Source: Candidatus Falkowbacteria bacterium
GTDB lineage: Bacteria; Patescibacteriota; Patescibacteriia; UBA11705; JABHMO01
NCBI GenBank assembly: GCA_018674305.1
Contig: JABHAL010000004.1
Coordinates: 256,446 to 320,445 of the forward strand
Reading direction: 5' to 3'
DNA: 64,000 bases
Shown: in pieces, positions 1 to 10,042 of the stretch
Layout of the letters: every line of letters starts with the position of its first letter
How positions within the stretch are numbered: the first letter of the stretch is position 1
Made by a program: the position numbers and the translations under genes
The notes under the pieces: model-generated
The model's database searches: none
The model's input: only the letters and a program-made list of their open reading frames with translations
Told to the model about the DNA's origin: nothing

Positions 1-136
1 ATAATTATAGAAGCCATTGTGCTGAATTATCCTTTTTTCATGTTCCTGAAAATGTAATTCGTCTGATAGTATATCGTGAATTTAAGTTAGTTAGGCGGGA
101 CCCAAATATCATATAGGATTTGGACGTTACAAACCA

Positions 137-172
137 AAGACTCTCCGATGAAACATCGGAGAGTCTTTTAAT
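137..172. terminator. Perfect GC-rich hairpin (aagactctccgatg / catcggagagtctt) followed by a T-run, just downstream of the rpsA stop
   Basis: Inverted repeat plus TTTT read directly from the sequence. Confidence 0.6.
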
Positions 173-179
173 ATAGAAT

Positions 180-1553
180 TTATTCAGTTTTTTCTTTTTT
201 TGAAGTATCTTTTGGATCTTCTTCAACCTTAGGTTCTTCTTTTGCTTCAGTAACTTCTTCGACTTTAGGTTCTTCTTTTGATTCAGTAACTTCTTCGACT
301 TTAGGTTCTTCTTTTGATTCAGTAACTTCTTCGACTTTAGATTCTTCTTTTGATTCAGTAACTTCTTCAACTTTAGATTCTTCTTTTGAATCTTCAACAA
401 CTTCTGCTTTATCTTCTTTTGCTTTTTTATCTTCTGATTTATCATCCTTGTCATCCATAGATTTGATACTTAAACCAAGTCTATGTTCATTTGGTTCAAT
501 TGAAACGATTTTGAAACTCATAGTGCTACCGGTCTTGGCAAAATCTTCAGTGTTCGTAATTTTTTTATTGGATAATTCAGAGATATGAGCAAGTCCGTGA
601 ATATCTTTATCCAGTTTAACAAATAAACCAAAAGGTGTTGATTTGATAATCTCACCTTCGACCACATCACCAACGGCATATTTTTCGTTAATGTTGTCCC
701 AAGGATCTCTTTGTAGTTTTTTGCTAGATAGGAAAATCTTTGAGCCTTCAACTTTTATGATTTCAGCTTTAACGCTGTCACCAACCTTGAATAAATCAGA
801 TGGGTTGTCAATTCTTTGCCAAGCTAATTCAGAAATATGAATTAAGCCTTCTAGGTTTTGACCAAATTCAACAAAAACACCAAAGTCAGTTACCGCTGTG
901 ATTTTACCATCAACTAGGTCTCCTGGCTTGTATTGACTTAAGGTGTCTTTTTGGTTTTCTTCCCAAGCAGCCTTTTCTGAGGCAATTAATTTTTCATTAT
1001 CAGGATCAATATCTAATACTTTTACTTTGAATTCTTGGCCGATATAGCTTTTTAATTTTTCGAGAATTTTATTTTTATCACCACCTTGAACACGGGGATA
1101 AAATTCTGGACTAAGTTGAGAAACAGGTAAAAATCCTGGAACCCTATTTACGGTAATTAGTAGCCCACCTTTGTTTGCGTCAGTAACTTTAGCTGGGATT
1201 GTTTCTCCGCTAGATTTGTATTCTTCCAGTACGGACCAGGTTTTTAGGTGACCTGCAAAGCGGAAAGATAATTCTAGCAATCCTTGTTCATTTTCAAGTT
1301 CCATTACTGTTGCTTCTGTTGTGTCTCCTACTTTTAGATTACCAAATTCGTCTGATTCATTGTAAAGTTCTTTTCCTCTAATAATACCAGTCATGACTCC
1401 ATTAATGTCAAGTAAAACTTCTTTTTTTGAGCCAGCGATTACTAGACCTTTAACAGTATCACCAACTTGAGGTAGTGATTGTACGTTTTTATCATCCTCA
1501 ATCAATTTGTTCATTGGTGAATTAAGGTCTACTTTGATTTGTTTTTTAGCCAT
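180..1553 (-). CDS. rpsA: 30S ribosomal protein S1 with four S1 domains. The acidic C-terminal tail consists of ~5 tandem 12-aa repeats (KVEEVTESKEEP)
   Basis: Repeated S1-domain signatures (GDxVxGxV, FGxFVxxxxxxxGLxHISE); SD upstream; 36-bp DNA repeats at 215-400. Confidence 0.85.
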   Translation of the reverse strand: MAKKQIKVDLNSPMNKLIEDDKNVQSLPQVGDTVKGLVIAGSKKEVLLDINGVMTGIIRGKELYNESDEFGNLKVGDTTEATVMELENEQGLLELSFRFAGHLKTWSVLEEYKSSGETIPAKVTDANKGGLLITVNRVPGFLPVSQLSPEFYPRVQGGDKNKILEKLKSYIGQEFKVKVLDIDPDNEKLIASEKAAWEENQKDTLSQYKPGDLVDGKITAVTDFGVFVEFGQNLEGLIHISELAWQRIDNPSDLFKVGDSVKAEIIKVEGSKIFLSSKKLQRDPWDNINEKYAVGDVVEGEIIKSTPFGLFVKLDKDIHGLAHISELSNKKITNTEDFAKTGSTMSFKIVSIEPNEHRLGLSIKSMDDKDDKSEDKKAKEDKAEVVEDSKEESKVEEVTESKEESKVEEVTESKEEPKVEEVTESKEEPKVEEVTEAKEEPKVEEDPKDTSKKEKTE

Positions 1554-1890
1554 TTTAGATGGTCTCGTTCCTATAATTTGATATAAAAAATTCCACCTTT
1601 GGTGGAGATTATAAAAAATTTAGTTTTCCAAGGGTTATGAATTAGATTAAAATTTAAAGATTTGTACAAGTTCTTTGATTAGTTTACCGTAAATATAGAT
1701 TTATGTCAAGGCGTTGAAAGAAGGTGTATAAAAAGGAGGGATTATCGGTTTACAAGTTCATTTAATTTTGCTAAAATGTAGGTACATAATATTTTATTAA
1801 ATAAGATACACTTAATGTATCGTTAGTTTTAAATTAGATTAATGTGACATAGATTAGTGTGCTTAAATATAATTTACAACATATAACATT

Positions 1891-2550
1891 ATGAATATAA
1901 CATGGTTAGGGCACTCTTGTTTCAAAATAGAGGGAAAAATCAAGGGTCAGCAAATTACAATATTAACAGATCCTTTTGATAAGAGTACCGGTTTGCGTTT
2001 ACCAAAAGTAAGGGCAGAAATTGTTACTGTAAGTCATTATCATGATGGTCATAGTAATGTTGCTGGGGTTACTCCTGTAGAAGACAAAGGTCTTGTAGTT
2101 ATTGATCGCCCAGGTGAATATGAAGTTGCTGATGTGTTTGTGTTTGGCATAGGTTCTTATCACGACAAAAAACAAGGTAAAGAGTTGGGTAAGTCAGTAA
2201 TGTTTAAATTTGATGTAGGTGGAATTAAAGTTTTACATTTGGGAGATATTGGGACAGTTTTATCTAATCTTCAATTAGAAAAGATTGACGATGTAGACGT
2301 TTTGTTAATTCCCATCGGTGGCAAATATACAGTAAATGCAAAGGAGGCAGCAGAAATTGTACGTCAGATTGAGCCGCGTATTGTTATCCCTATGCATTAT
2401 AAAATTCCAGGATTGGAAATTGACCTTGATGGCTTGGATAATTTTAAAAAAGAAATGGGCAATAAAGCGGAGACGGTAAGTAAATTAAAGATAGCGAAAA
2501 AAGACTTACCGGTCGATGATGTTAAATTAATTATTTTAGAAAAATCATAA
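1891..2550 (+). CDS. MBL-fold metal-dependent hydrolase (UPF0173-like)
   Basis: Histidine-rich motifs HYHDGH and IPMHY; 219 aa typical of the family. Confidence 0.65.
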   Translation: MNITWLGHSCFKIEGKIKGQQITILTDPFDKSTGLRLPKVRAEIVTVSHYHDGHSNVAGVTPVEDKGLVVIDRPGEYEVADVFVFGIGSYHDKKQGKELGKSVMFKFDVGGIKVLHLGDIGTVLSNLQLEKIDDVDVLLIPIGGKYTVNAKEAAEIVRQIEPRIVIPMHYKIPGLEIDLDGLDNFKKEMGNKAETVSKLKIAKKDLPVDDVKLIILEKS

Positions 2551-2635
2551 AAATGAGTACTGAAGAATATTGATATACTGATGTGAAGATATGAACTAAT
2601 CAGTAAATCAGTATGGTCAGTAATCAATTAAACAT

Positions 2636-2959
2636 ATGGAGGGTCATGAACCAGACACAAGATATTTAACCCTTTGGATTTGCGTTATTATTTCTGCCGT
2701 AATAATTTTTACTGGTTGGATTTTTGTGATGAAGTACAATTTTACCAAGATTAATGAGGAAATGGTCAATCAAGATGTAACAGTTGAAAAAGCAACTCAG
2801 GAGATGGGGGAGATGTTTGATGGTGTGAAGAAAATAATGGAAGAACAAGGAAGTCTTCTTGAGGAGGTGCTTGAAAAAGAGGCAGCAAAAGAAAAAGAGT
2901 TGGAAGTCTCAGGCGATAAGAAAATAAAAGAAGATGAGGTGATAACAGAAACAGAATAA
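2636..2959 (+). CDS. Small membrane protein with one TM helix and an acidic C-terminus; hypothetical
   Basis: ORF with SD (atggagggtcATG); hydrophobic N-terminal segment. Confidence 0.4.
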   Translation: MEGHEPDTRYLTLWICVIISAVIIFTGWIFVMKYNFTKINEEMVNQDVTVEKATQEMGEMFDGVKKIMEEQGSLLEEVLEKEAAKEKELEVSGDKKIKEDEVITETE

Positions 2960-3033
2960 TCAAAGTAATTATCAACAAGTCCTTAGCGTGCTACGGATGT
3001 AAATGTTTATATATTTTTTATTTTTAATAATTT

Positions 3034-5547
3034 ATGCCAAAGAAAAAACAAACTGAAAAAAAGCCCAACGAAGAGCAGGCTCCAATCAAGGCAGCAGTTC
3101 AGGATATTTCTATAATTGATGAAATGCAAAGTTCATACATTGATTATGCTATGAGTGTTATAGTTTCTCGAGCGTTGCCAGATGTCCGAGATGGGCTAAA
3201 GCCTGTTCATCGTCGAATTCTGTATGCTATGTGGAGCGTTGGACTTCGTTCTAGTTCTAAATTTCGTAAATCGGCTACGGTAGTCGGTGAGGTTTTAGGT
3301 AAATATCATCCGCATGGTGATCAAGCTGTTTATGATTCAATGGCTAGGATGGCTCAGGACTTTAACATGCGCTACATGTTGGTTAATGGTCAGGGAAACT
3401 TTGGTTCAATGGATGGTGATAGGCCAGCGGCGATGCGTTATACCGAAGCAAAATTAAGAGGCATTTCTGAAGAATTATTATTTGATTTAGAAAAAGATAC
3501 TGTTGATTTTAATCCCAACTATGACGGATCCCACAAAGAGCCCAGTGTTTTGCCAGCCAAGTTGCCACATTTACTTTTGAATGGTGGTGTGGGTATTGCA
3601 GTTGGTATGGCAACCAAGATACCTCCCCATAACCTGATGGAAGTTTGTGATGCGGTGTGTCATATGATTGATAATCCCGATTGTAATTCAGAAGATTTAA
3701 TGGAGCATGTCAAAGGCCCAGATTTCCCAACTGGCGGTATTATTTATGATCAAACTGAAATAAAAAGAGCTTACACTACGGGAAAAGGTAAGATTGTTAT
3801 GCGTGGTAAAACTGAGATTGTTGAAAGCAAGGCCGGTCAATTCAAAATAATTATTTCGGAAATTCCATATCAATTAAACAAAGCCAGTCTATTGGAAAAG
3901 ATTGCAGAGTTTGTAAAAACAAAAAGATTAGAAGGTATTAGGGATGTGAGAGATGAGTCTAATAAGGATGGTGTACGAATTGTGGTTGAGCTTAAGCGAG
4001 ATGCTTTCCCTAAAAAAGTTTTGAATCGGTTATTTAAATTAACCCAACTGCAATCAAATTTCGATGTTAATATGTTGGCTTTGACGGGTGATTATCAGCC
4101 AAAGGTTATGAACTTGTTTGATATTCTTAATTATTATCTTATTCATCGTCAGGAAGTTGTTGTTCGGCGAACAAAATATGAATTAAAAAAAGCAGAAGAT
4201 CGTGCACATATTTTGGAAGGTTTAAGCAAGGCCATTGATAAGATCGATGCAGTGATAAAAATCATTAGAAAATCAAAAGACAAGGAATTAGCAAAGCAAA
4301 ATTTAATTAAGCAATTTAAATTTACTGATATTCAAGCAGTTGCTATTTTGGAAATGCGATTACAGAACTTGGCGAATTTGGAGCGTTTAAAAATAGAAAA
4401 CGAATTAAAAGAAAAGAAAAAAATTATTGCCGCATTAAAAAAATTACTATCTTCTAAAAAAGGTATTTTGGGTGTAATTAAAGATGAGTTAACTGAAATT
4501 AAAGAAAAATATGGTGATGAACGAAAGACTAAGATCATTAAGTCGGCAGTAGGTGAGTTTTCTCAGGAAGACTTGGTCCCGAATGAGCCAGCCTTGGTAA
4601 TGGTCACAACGGATGGATATATTAAACGAATGCCACTAGAGACTTTCAAAACTCAACATCGAGGAGGTAAAGGGGTTATCGGTCTAACAACCAAGGAGGA
4701 AGATGTTGTTGATTTATTATTTACTACTTTGACACATAACGATTTGTTGTTTTTCACTTCAATGGGCAGAGTGTTTCAGCTAAAAGCTTATGATTTGCCA
4801 ATTGGTTCAAGAACCTCAAAGGGACAGGCCTTGGTCAATTTCCTTCAGCTCGGACCTGATGAAAAAGTAACAGAAATATTACCAATAAAAGATCAGACCG
4901 ATGCTAAGTTTTTATTCATGGTTACTGAGAAGGGAACGATTAAGAAAACTGCGATTGAAGATTTTGCTAATGTCCGTCGTTCTGGCTTGATTGCTATTCG
5001 TCTAAAGCCTGGGGACCGTTTACGTTGGGTTAAACCAACTAATGGAAAAAAGCAAATGATGTTAATTTCTGCTCGTGGTCAAGCAATCAGGTTTGCGGAA
5101 AAAGACGTACGAAGCATGGGGCGTACTGCGGCAGGTGTGCGTGGTATTAGACTGAAAGCCGATGATCAATTAGTAGGTGTCGGAATGATTGAACCGGACA
5201 AAGAAAAAGTTTTGCAAGTTTTGACCTTAGCAGAAAACGGCTTTGGTAAGCGTTCAAACCTATCAAACTACAAAGTCCAAAATCGTGGTGGTGGTGGTAT
5301 CAGAACCTTGAAGGTTTCCAGCAAAACCGGAAAAGTTGTGAAAGGGATGATTATTGATTCTGAGCAAAATAAAGATAATGATATTATGGTCATTTCTAGT
5401 AAAGGTCAAGTAATAAGAATGCCTTTCAAGACGATCAGCGAACTTGGGCGTGATACTCAGGGAGTTCGATTGATGCGCTTTAAAGAATCCAAGGATAAGG
5501 TAGTTACATTTTCAAAAATTGTAACTGACGTGAAAGATCGAGGATAA
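3034..5547 (+). CDS. gyrA: DNA gyrase subunit A
   Basis: N-terminal [27 protein letters not shown] motif and C-terminal beta-pinwheel repeats; 837 aa. Confidence 0.95.
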   Translation: MPKKKQTEKKPNEEQAPIKAAVQDISIIDEMQSSYIDYAMSVIVSRALPDVRDGLKPVHRRILYAMWSVGLRSSSKFRKSATVVGEVLGKYHPHGDQAVYDSMARMAQDFNMRYMLVNGQGNFGSMDGDRPAAMRYTEAKLRGISEELLFDLEKDTVDFNPNYDGSHKEPSVLPAKLPHLLLNGGVGIAVGMATKIPPHNLMEVCDAVCHMIDNPDCNSEDLMEHVKGPDFPTGGIIYDQTEIKRAYTTGKGKIVMRGKTEIVESKAGQFKIIISEIPYQLNKASLLEKIAEFVKTKRLEGIRDVRDESNKDGVRIVVELKRDAFPKKVLNRLFKLTQLQSNFDVNMLALTGDYQPKVMNLFDILNYYLIHRQEVVVRRTKYELKKAEDRAHILEGLSKAIDKIDAVIKIIRKSKDKELAKQNLIKQFKFTDIQAVAILEMRLQNLANLERLKIENELKEKKKIIAALKKLLSSKKGILGVIKDELTEIKEKYGDERKTKIIKSAVGEFSQEDLVPNEPALVMVTTDGYIKRMPLETFKTQHRGGKGVIGLTTKEEDVVDLLFTTLTHNDLLFFTSMGRVFQLKAYDLPIGSRTSKGQALVNFLQLGPDEKVTEILPIKDQTDAKFLFMVTEKGTIKKTAIEDFANVRRSGLIAIRLKPGDRLRWVKPTNGKKQMMLISARGQAIRFAEKDVRSMGRTAAGVRGIRLKADDQLVGVGMIEPDKEKVLQVLTLAENGFGKRSNLSNYKVQNRGGGGIRTLKVSSKTGKVVKGMIIDSEQNKDNDIMVISSKGQVIRMPFKTISELGRDTQGVRLMRFKESKDKVVTFSKIVTDVKDRG

Positions 5548-5571
5548 TAATTTGTAATATAGTTCAAATAA

Positions 5572-5606
5572 AAATCAGGCGCTTTTGAGTCGCCTGATTT
5601 TTTTAT
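5572..5606. terminator. Bidirectional intrinsic terminator between gyrA (+) and nrnA (-)
   Basis: Hairpin atcaggcg-cttttgagt-cgcctgat with a T-run on both strands. Confidence 0.7.
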
Positions 5607-5621
5607 ATATTTATCCTGATT

Positions 5622-6572
5622 TTATATTTTTACTACTGACCAGCCGGCTTCAATCTTTTCCAACTTGCCGGTGATAGAAAAGCCAGCTGCTTTTGCATGT
5701 CCGCCACCGCCGAATTTTTGTGCTAATCTGGACACGTCAATGTGGTCTTTTGTGGTGCGTAGACTACATTTAATAATGTTGTCATCGCTTTCTCTCATTA
5801 CTAAAATTATGTTTGCTTCGTATAAAGTTGTTAGGAAGTTTGCCATGCCTTCAAATACTTCTGGCAGAATGGCGTCTTGTTTGGTGATAACGGCAGTAAC
5901 AATCTTGTGTTTTTCGTTGAAATGTAATTGAGATAGAATTTTACCCCAAAGTTTTAATGCTTCAGGTGAATTATTTCTCCAGGTGTTCTGAATAATCTTT
6001 TTTATGTTAGCTTTGTTTCGCAAAAGTTCAGAGGCGATAGACATTGATTCTTTGGTGGTTCCAGCATTAGTAAAGTAAGTTGTATCAGTTATAATCCCAG
6101 TCAGGAGTAAGGTCCCAATTTCTTTTGTAATTGGAATGTGATGTTTTTTGAGGAAACGATAAATCAACTCCGTGGTAGCGCCAGCCGGTTGAACAACATT
6201 AATGTCAGCGTAATAAGGATTTGTTTGGTGATGATCAATATTAATTGTAGTGATCTTTCCTCGGACTTGTAAAAATTTTTCAGCAACACCAGTTTGAGTA
6301 GTGTCTCCGCAATCCACAGTAATTATTAAATCATAGTTGAAGAAGTTTAATTCCTCTGAATTTGTATAAAATTGGTTTATGTCAAAAAAATCCAGGTTTG
6401 TAGGAACTGGATCTATGTTTCCAATGGTAACTTTTTTGTCTGGTAGAGAATTAATGTAAAATGCCAAAGCACCTGCTGAGCCTAAAGTGTCTGCATCGGG
6501 TCCGCGGTGTGACAAAATGAGAATATTTTTACATTCTTTGATTAGGGAAAATATTTTATCTGAATCGAGCAT
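5622..6572 (-). CDS. nrnA: DHH/DHHA1 phosphoesterase, NrnA-like oligoribonuclease / pAp phosphatase. Start trimmed to MLDSDK to abut the rbfA stop
   Basis: DHH motif region (ILSHRGPDADTLGSA) and DHHA1 GGGH motif (FGGGGHAKAAG). Confidence 0.75.
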   Translation of the reverse strand: MLDSDKIFSLIKECKNILILSHRGPDADTLGSAGALAFYINSLPDKKVTIGNIDPVPTNLDFFDINQFYTNSEELNFFNYDLIITVDCGDTTQTGVAEKFLQVRGKITTINIDHHQTNPYYADINVVQPAGATTELIYRFLKKHHIPITKEIGTLLLTGIITDTTYFTNAGTTKESMSIASELLRNKANIKKIIQNTWRNNSPEALKLWGKILSQLHFNEKHKIVTAVITKQDAILPEVFEGMANFLTTLYEANIILVMRESDDNIIKCSLRTTKDHIDVSRLAQKFGGGGHAKAAGFSITGKLEKIEAGWSVVKI

Positions 6573-6579
6573 AATTGAA

Positions 6580-6915
6580 TTACTTTTCACTAATTTCATC
6601 AAGCTTGCTGTACATATCATCAGTAAATTGTTCTCGGTCATCAATTTTGAAAGTAAGTGTGGGTGTGAATTTTAAATGAATATGTTTGCCTAGTAAGCCG
6701 CGGATTTCGTGTCTATGGTTAATTAAAAATGCTAAACCTTCTTTTGATTTATCAAAAGGAAGGATACTCACAAAAGCAGAAGCAGTTTTTAGATCAGAGC
6801 CACACTTGACCAGTGATACAGTTATTAATAAATCAAAAGGGGTCTCTATTTTTTGCGAAATTATTTCGCCTAGAGCTTTTTGTAACATTGCATTAACTTG
6901 TAGCATTCTGTCCAT
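6580..6915 (-). CDS. rbfA: Ribosome-binding factor A
   Basis: 111 aa; conservation pattern of the RbfA KH-like fold; operon with nrnA. Confidence 0.7.
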   Translation of the reverse strand: MDRMLQVNAMLQKALGEIISQKIETPFDLLITVSLVKCGSDLKTASAFVSILPFDKSKEGLAFLINHRHEIRGLLGKHIHLKFTPTLTFKIDDREQFTDDMYSKLDEISEK

Positions 6916-7104
6916 AATATTTTTAAATCCTAACTCCTAAACTTTAAATTCTAAACAATTTTTAATTACAAATTTTTAAATTTTAATAATTTGAGTTTGT
7001 TTAGGGTTTATATATTAGGTTTTAGAACTTATCGTTCATTAAGAGTTAAGCTTATTCTATTATAGCAGATTTGTCAATCCTGTCATTCTATAAGATGGGG
7101 TATC

Positions 7105-7133
7105 TTGACATGGTCGAGTTATAGTGTTATACT
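7105..7133 (+). promoter_or_regulatory. Sigma70-like promoter: TTGACA-N17-TATACT
   Basis: Hexamers and spacing read directly; precedes the SD of the 7184 CDS. Confidence 0.55.
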
Positions 7134-7183
7134 CTGGTGAATGGTGTTTTGGTTCATTTTAGTTACTCAGCAAGGAGGAAAGC

Positions 7184-7684
7184 ATGAGTAGACTGAGAGT
7201 AGTTCTGGTTGGTCTTCTGTCTCTGGTAGTACTACTGGCTGGAACAACGAGTTCGCAGGCCAAGGATCGAAATGAAAAACTGAAGGATGCTGTTCCGGTG
7301 ATTGCCGTGGCCTGGGAAAACGCCCAGCCACAGTATGAGCATGAACTTCAGGTTGTGTTCATGTATTACAATGTGGAAATGACATTGGCTGAAGTTTTCA
7401 GTCATGCCAGATTCATGGTTCCTAACAGGACGAATGAACTGGGCTGTCTGGTCTATGAGGATTCAGGTTTTGTGCCTTTCAGTCGGGTTGTGGTTTGTCC
7501 AAAGGACAAGCGAGTGATTGTGCAGGATGATCTGAGTGCTGGAGCAAGTTTGAGCTTCGCTACCAAGTTGAGACCTTACTATCTGCCTCACCTTCTTGGC
7601 GCGTTGTATGACATCGACACAAGCAGGATTGTTGATTGCGAAGGCAACGCAGAAAAATGTTCTTCATTGATGAAGAGTGAATAA
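7184..7684 (+). CDS. Secreted hypothetical protein with a signal peptide, in a GC-rich island
   Basis: SD aaggagg; N-terminal signal sequence LVGLLSLVVLLAGTTSSQA; several Cys; local GC clearly above flanks. Confidence 0.55.
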   Translation: MSRLRVVLVGLLSLVVLLAGTTSSQAKDRNEKLKDAVPVIAVAWENAQPQYEHELQVVFMYYNVEMTLAEVFSHARFMVPNRTNELGCLVYEDSGFVPFSRVVVCPKDKRVIVQDDLSAGASLSFATKLRPYYLPHLLGALYDIDTSRIVDCEGNAEKCSSLMKSE

Positions 7685-7763
7685 GTAAACCTAAGAGTTA
7701 ATCAAATCATATTTGGTTGACTCTTTTTTTTTGTAAATTTAGCCAATGTCTGGCAAGGTTTAT

Positions 7764-7792
7764 TGACAAAATATAAAAAATGTGCTATAGTG
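7764..7792 (+). promoter_or_regulatory. Sigma70-like promoter: TTGACA-N17-TATAGT
   Basis: Read directly from the sequence. Confidence 0.5.
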
Positions 7793-7860
7793 TCTTTGTT
7801 ACGTGGCTCCAGCTTGGCTTACCCCCAAGTTGGTTGGTTCTTTCACACCGGAGGCGCAAG

Positions 7861-8373
7861 ATGCGTCGTGTCTCATTTTTGGTAATTGTAGTGATAGCAG
7901 TTTTGTTTAACGCTCAGGCAATGGCCTGGGAGAAGTTTGAAGATGAGCAGATCAACACTGAAGAGCAATTAATGCTCATGGTTGATTACTCCAAGCCGAT
8001 TCCTGCGCTGACCGTTCTCCAAGTCAAGGTTGAAAAACAAACCAAGACAATTAGAAAGGAGAATGGGGCAACCTGCGAGCAAGAGGTTTCTCGTAAGAAT
8101 GTGTATGGCCGTCGAGTCATGCCCGAACTTACGCCAGAAGGAGAGCAGATAGTAATTTATCTGCAGCCGATTCCTGAGTTGGACTGGATTGTAGTCAAGC
8201 CTCAGGAGCAGAAAGCAATGGCTGTAGTTTTACTACCTGGTTCTCGCACCGCCTACTATCCTTTCAAGTTAGTCAAAGAACTTAAGGATGGCAGCAAGCT
8301 TTATTCTTTGTCCATTGACACGGTTGTGCAATGCGACGCTGAAGGTAAGTGTCAAACCGAAGAAAAGAAATAG
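7861..8373 (+). CDS. Secreted hypothetical protein. Start placed at MRRVSFLV after SD ccggagg; GC-rich island
   Basis: Signal peptide VIVVIAVLFNAQAMA; the listed ORF begins earlier, but an SD plus signal peptide support the internal start. Confidence 0.5.
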   Translation: MRRVSFLVIVVIAVLFNAQAMAWEKFEDEQINTEEQLMLMVDYSKPIPALTVLQVKVEKQTKTIRKENGATCEQEVSRKNVYGRRVMPELTPEGEQIVIYLQPIPELDWIVVKPQEQKAMAVVLLPGSRTAYYPFKLVKELKDGSKLYSLSIDTVVQCDAEGKCQTEEKK

Positions 8374-8386
8374 AAAGGAGAAGGTT

Positions 8387-8608
8387 ATGATTCTTGATTC
8401 ATTTTGTGCAGCCGCGGTTTCGCTTTTGGCTTTGTTCTTGATTATGGTGGGTTGCCTGGCAACTGCCAGTGGTGCAGTGCAGGCGTTTGTAGCCCTGTTT
8501 GCCACCAAGGTAATTCTGGGCAAGGTAGCATTCTTTCTCGGGATGTCGATTCTGGGAGTTGCTGCCTTTGTAACAGGGCTCAAGCTGGATAACCTATCGG
8601 TAGATTAG
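8387..8608 (+). CDS. Small two-TM membrane protein; GC-rich island
   Basis: SD gaaaggagaagg; two hydrophobic helices. Confidence 0.45.
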   Translation: MILDSFCAAAVSLLALFLIMVGCLATASGAVQAFVALFATKVILGKVAFFLGMSILGVAAFVTGLKLDNLSVD

Positions 8609-8623
8609 TTTTTATCTCAACCA

Positions 8624-8662
8624 AAGAGCTGACTTCTCATACGAAGTCAGCTCTTTTCTTTT
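8624..8662 (+). terminator. Intrinsic terminator closing the GC-rich island
   Basis: 13-bp perfect stem aagagctgacttc / gaagtcagctctt followed by a T-run. Confidence 0.7.
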
Positions 8663-8704
8663 AAAAAGATTGAAAAATTATTAAATTAAGTGTATGTTTA
8701 GGAT

Positions 8705-10009
8705 ATGAAATCTTTAATTAAAAAATTTATTCCTAAAAACCTATTAAGTTGGTATCACAAAGGTCTGGCCCTGTTGTCAGCTTTAGTTTATGGTTATCCA
8801 AGTAATAAGATGACTGTGATTGGCGTAACTGGAACGAATGGCAAGTCGACTACTGTAGCTTTAATTTCCAAAGTGTTAGAAATTGGTGGTTTTAAAGTTG
8901 GTGCAACCTCAACTGTAGGTTTCAAAATTGCGGATAAGGAATGGTTGAATGATAAAAAAATGACCATGCTGGGTCGGTTCAAGTTACAAAGTCTTTTACA
9001 TGAAATGGTTAAAGCTGGCTGTCAGTATGCAGTGATTGAAGTTTCGTCTGAGGGAATTAAACAGTCCCGACATTTAGGGATTAATTTTGATTATGCGATA
9101 TTCACAAATTTAACTCCGGAACATTTAGAGTCGCATGGTGGATTTGAGAATTATAGGCGAGCTAAGGGCGAGCTTTTTGAACATTTGACACGCAAAAAAA
9201 GAAAAAAAGAAAAAAAGAAAAAAATATCAATTGTAAACCTTGATGATAAGCACGCAGAATTTTTTATGAAATTTAAGGCAGACAAAAAATTTGGTTTTTC
9301 AATAAAAAATAAAAATGCTGACTTGGTTGCTGAAAATATTCAGGTTACTACCAGTGGAACTTCGTTTCAAGTTAAGGATGTTCAAATCAATCTAAAATTA
9401 ATTGGCGCTTTTAATGTTGAAAACGCTCTGCCAGCTATTGCTATTGCTCAGCAAGAAGGTATTAAGTTAGAAAAAATAAAACAGGGATTAGAGTCTGTTC
9501 AGGTTGTTCCTGGTCGAATGGAATCAATTGACGAGGGACAAAACTTTTCAGTGATAGTTGATTATGCCCCAGAGCCTGCTTCAATGGGGAAGCTTTATAT
9601 AACGATTGACGTACTTCGGCAAGCTCAGCATGACAATCGTGTTATTCACGTGTTAGGATCTTGTGGGGGTGGTCGAGATAAAGCGCGTCGACCGATTCTT
9701 GGAAAGATGGCTGGGGAAAAAGCTGACATCGTAATTATTACAAACGAAGATCCTTATGATGATGATCCAATGCAGATTATTAACGATGTTGCAGTTGGTT
9801 CTATTGAAGCAGGAAAAATTATAGATAAAGATTTATTTAAAATATTAGATCGCAAACAAGCGATTGAAAAAGCTCTTTCTATGGCAAAAGAAAATGATCT
9901 GGTTTTAGTGACCGGTAAAGGTTCTGAACAGCGTATGGCAGTTGCAGGTGGGAAATATGTGGAGTGGGATGATCGTGCCGTGATACGTAAAATATTGCAT
10001 TCAAATTGA
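8705..10009 (+). CDS. murE: Mur ligase family protein, MurE-like. Carries a lysine-rich insertion encoded by a poly-A tract
   Basis: P-loop GVTGTNGKSTT, DYAPEP (DYAHxP-like) motif and C-terminal Mur ligase domain; poly-A tract 9186-9226. Confidence 0.7.
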   Translation: MKSLIKKFIPKNLLSWYHKGLALLSALVYGYPSNKMTVIGVTGTNGKSTTVALISKVLEIGGFKVGATSTVGFKIADKEWLNDKKMTMLGRFKLQSLLHEMVKAGCQYAVIEVSSEGIKQSRHLGINFDYAIFTNLTPEHLESHGGFENYRRAKGELFEHLTRKKRKKEKKKKISIVNLDDKHAEFFMKFKADKKFGFSIKNKNADLVAENIQVTTSGTSFQVKDVQINLKLIGAFNVENALPAIAIAQQEGIKLEKIKQGLESVQVVPGRMESIDEGQNFSVIVDYAPEPASMGKLYITIDVLRQAQHDNRVIHVLGSCGGGRDKARRPILGKMAGEKADIVIITNEDPYDDDPMQIINDVAVGSIEAGKIIDKDLFKILDRKQAIEKALSMAKENDLVLVTGKGSEQRMAVAGGKYVEWDDRAVIRKILHSN

Positions 10010-10042
10010 ATCTTACTATAGGTTCATTGAAAAGAGGATAGA

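Noticed and set aside
38-454. 138-aa minus-strand ORF rich in KKL/NQKKN repeats
   Set aside because: It lies antisense to the rpsA C-terminal tandem repeats (reading frame artefact of the 36-bp repeat); rpsA on the same DNA is clearly real.
8269-8608. ORFs 8269-8583 (-), 8288-8608 (+) and 8404-8592 (+) in the GC island
   Set aside because: Overlapping frames in GC-rich DNA. Only the 8387-8608 frame has an SD and a coherent two-TM product.
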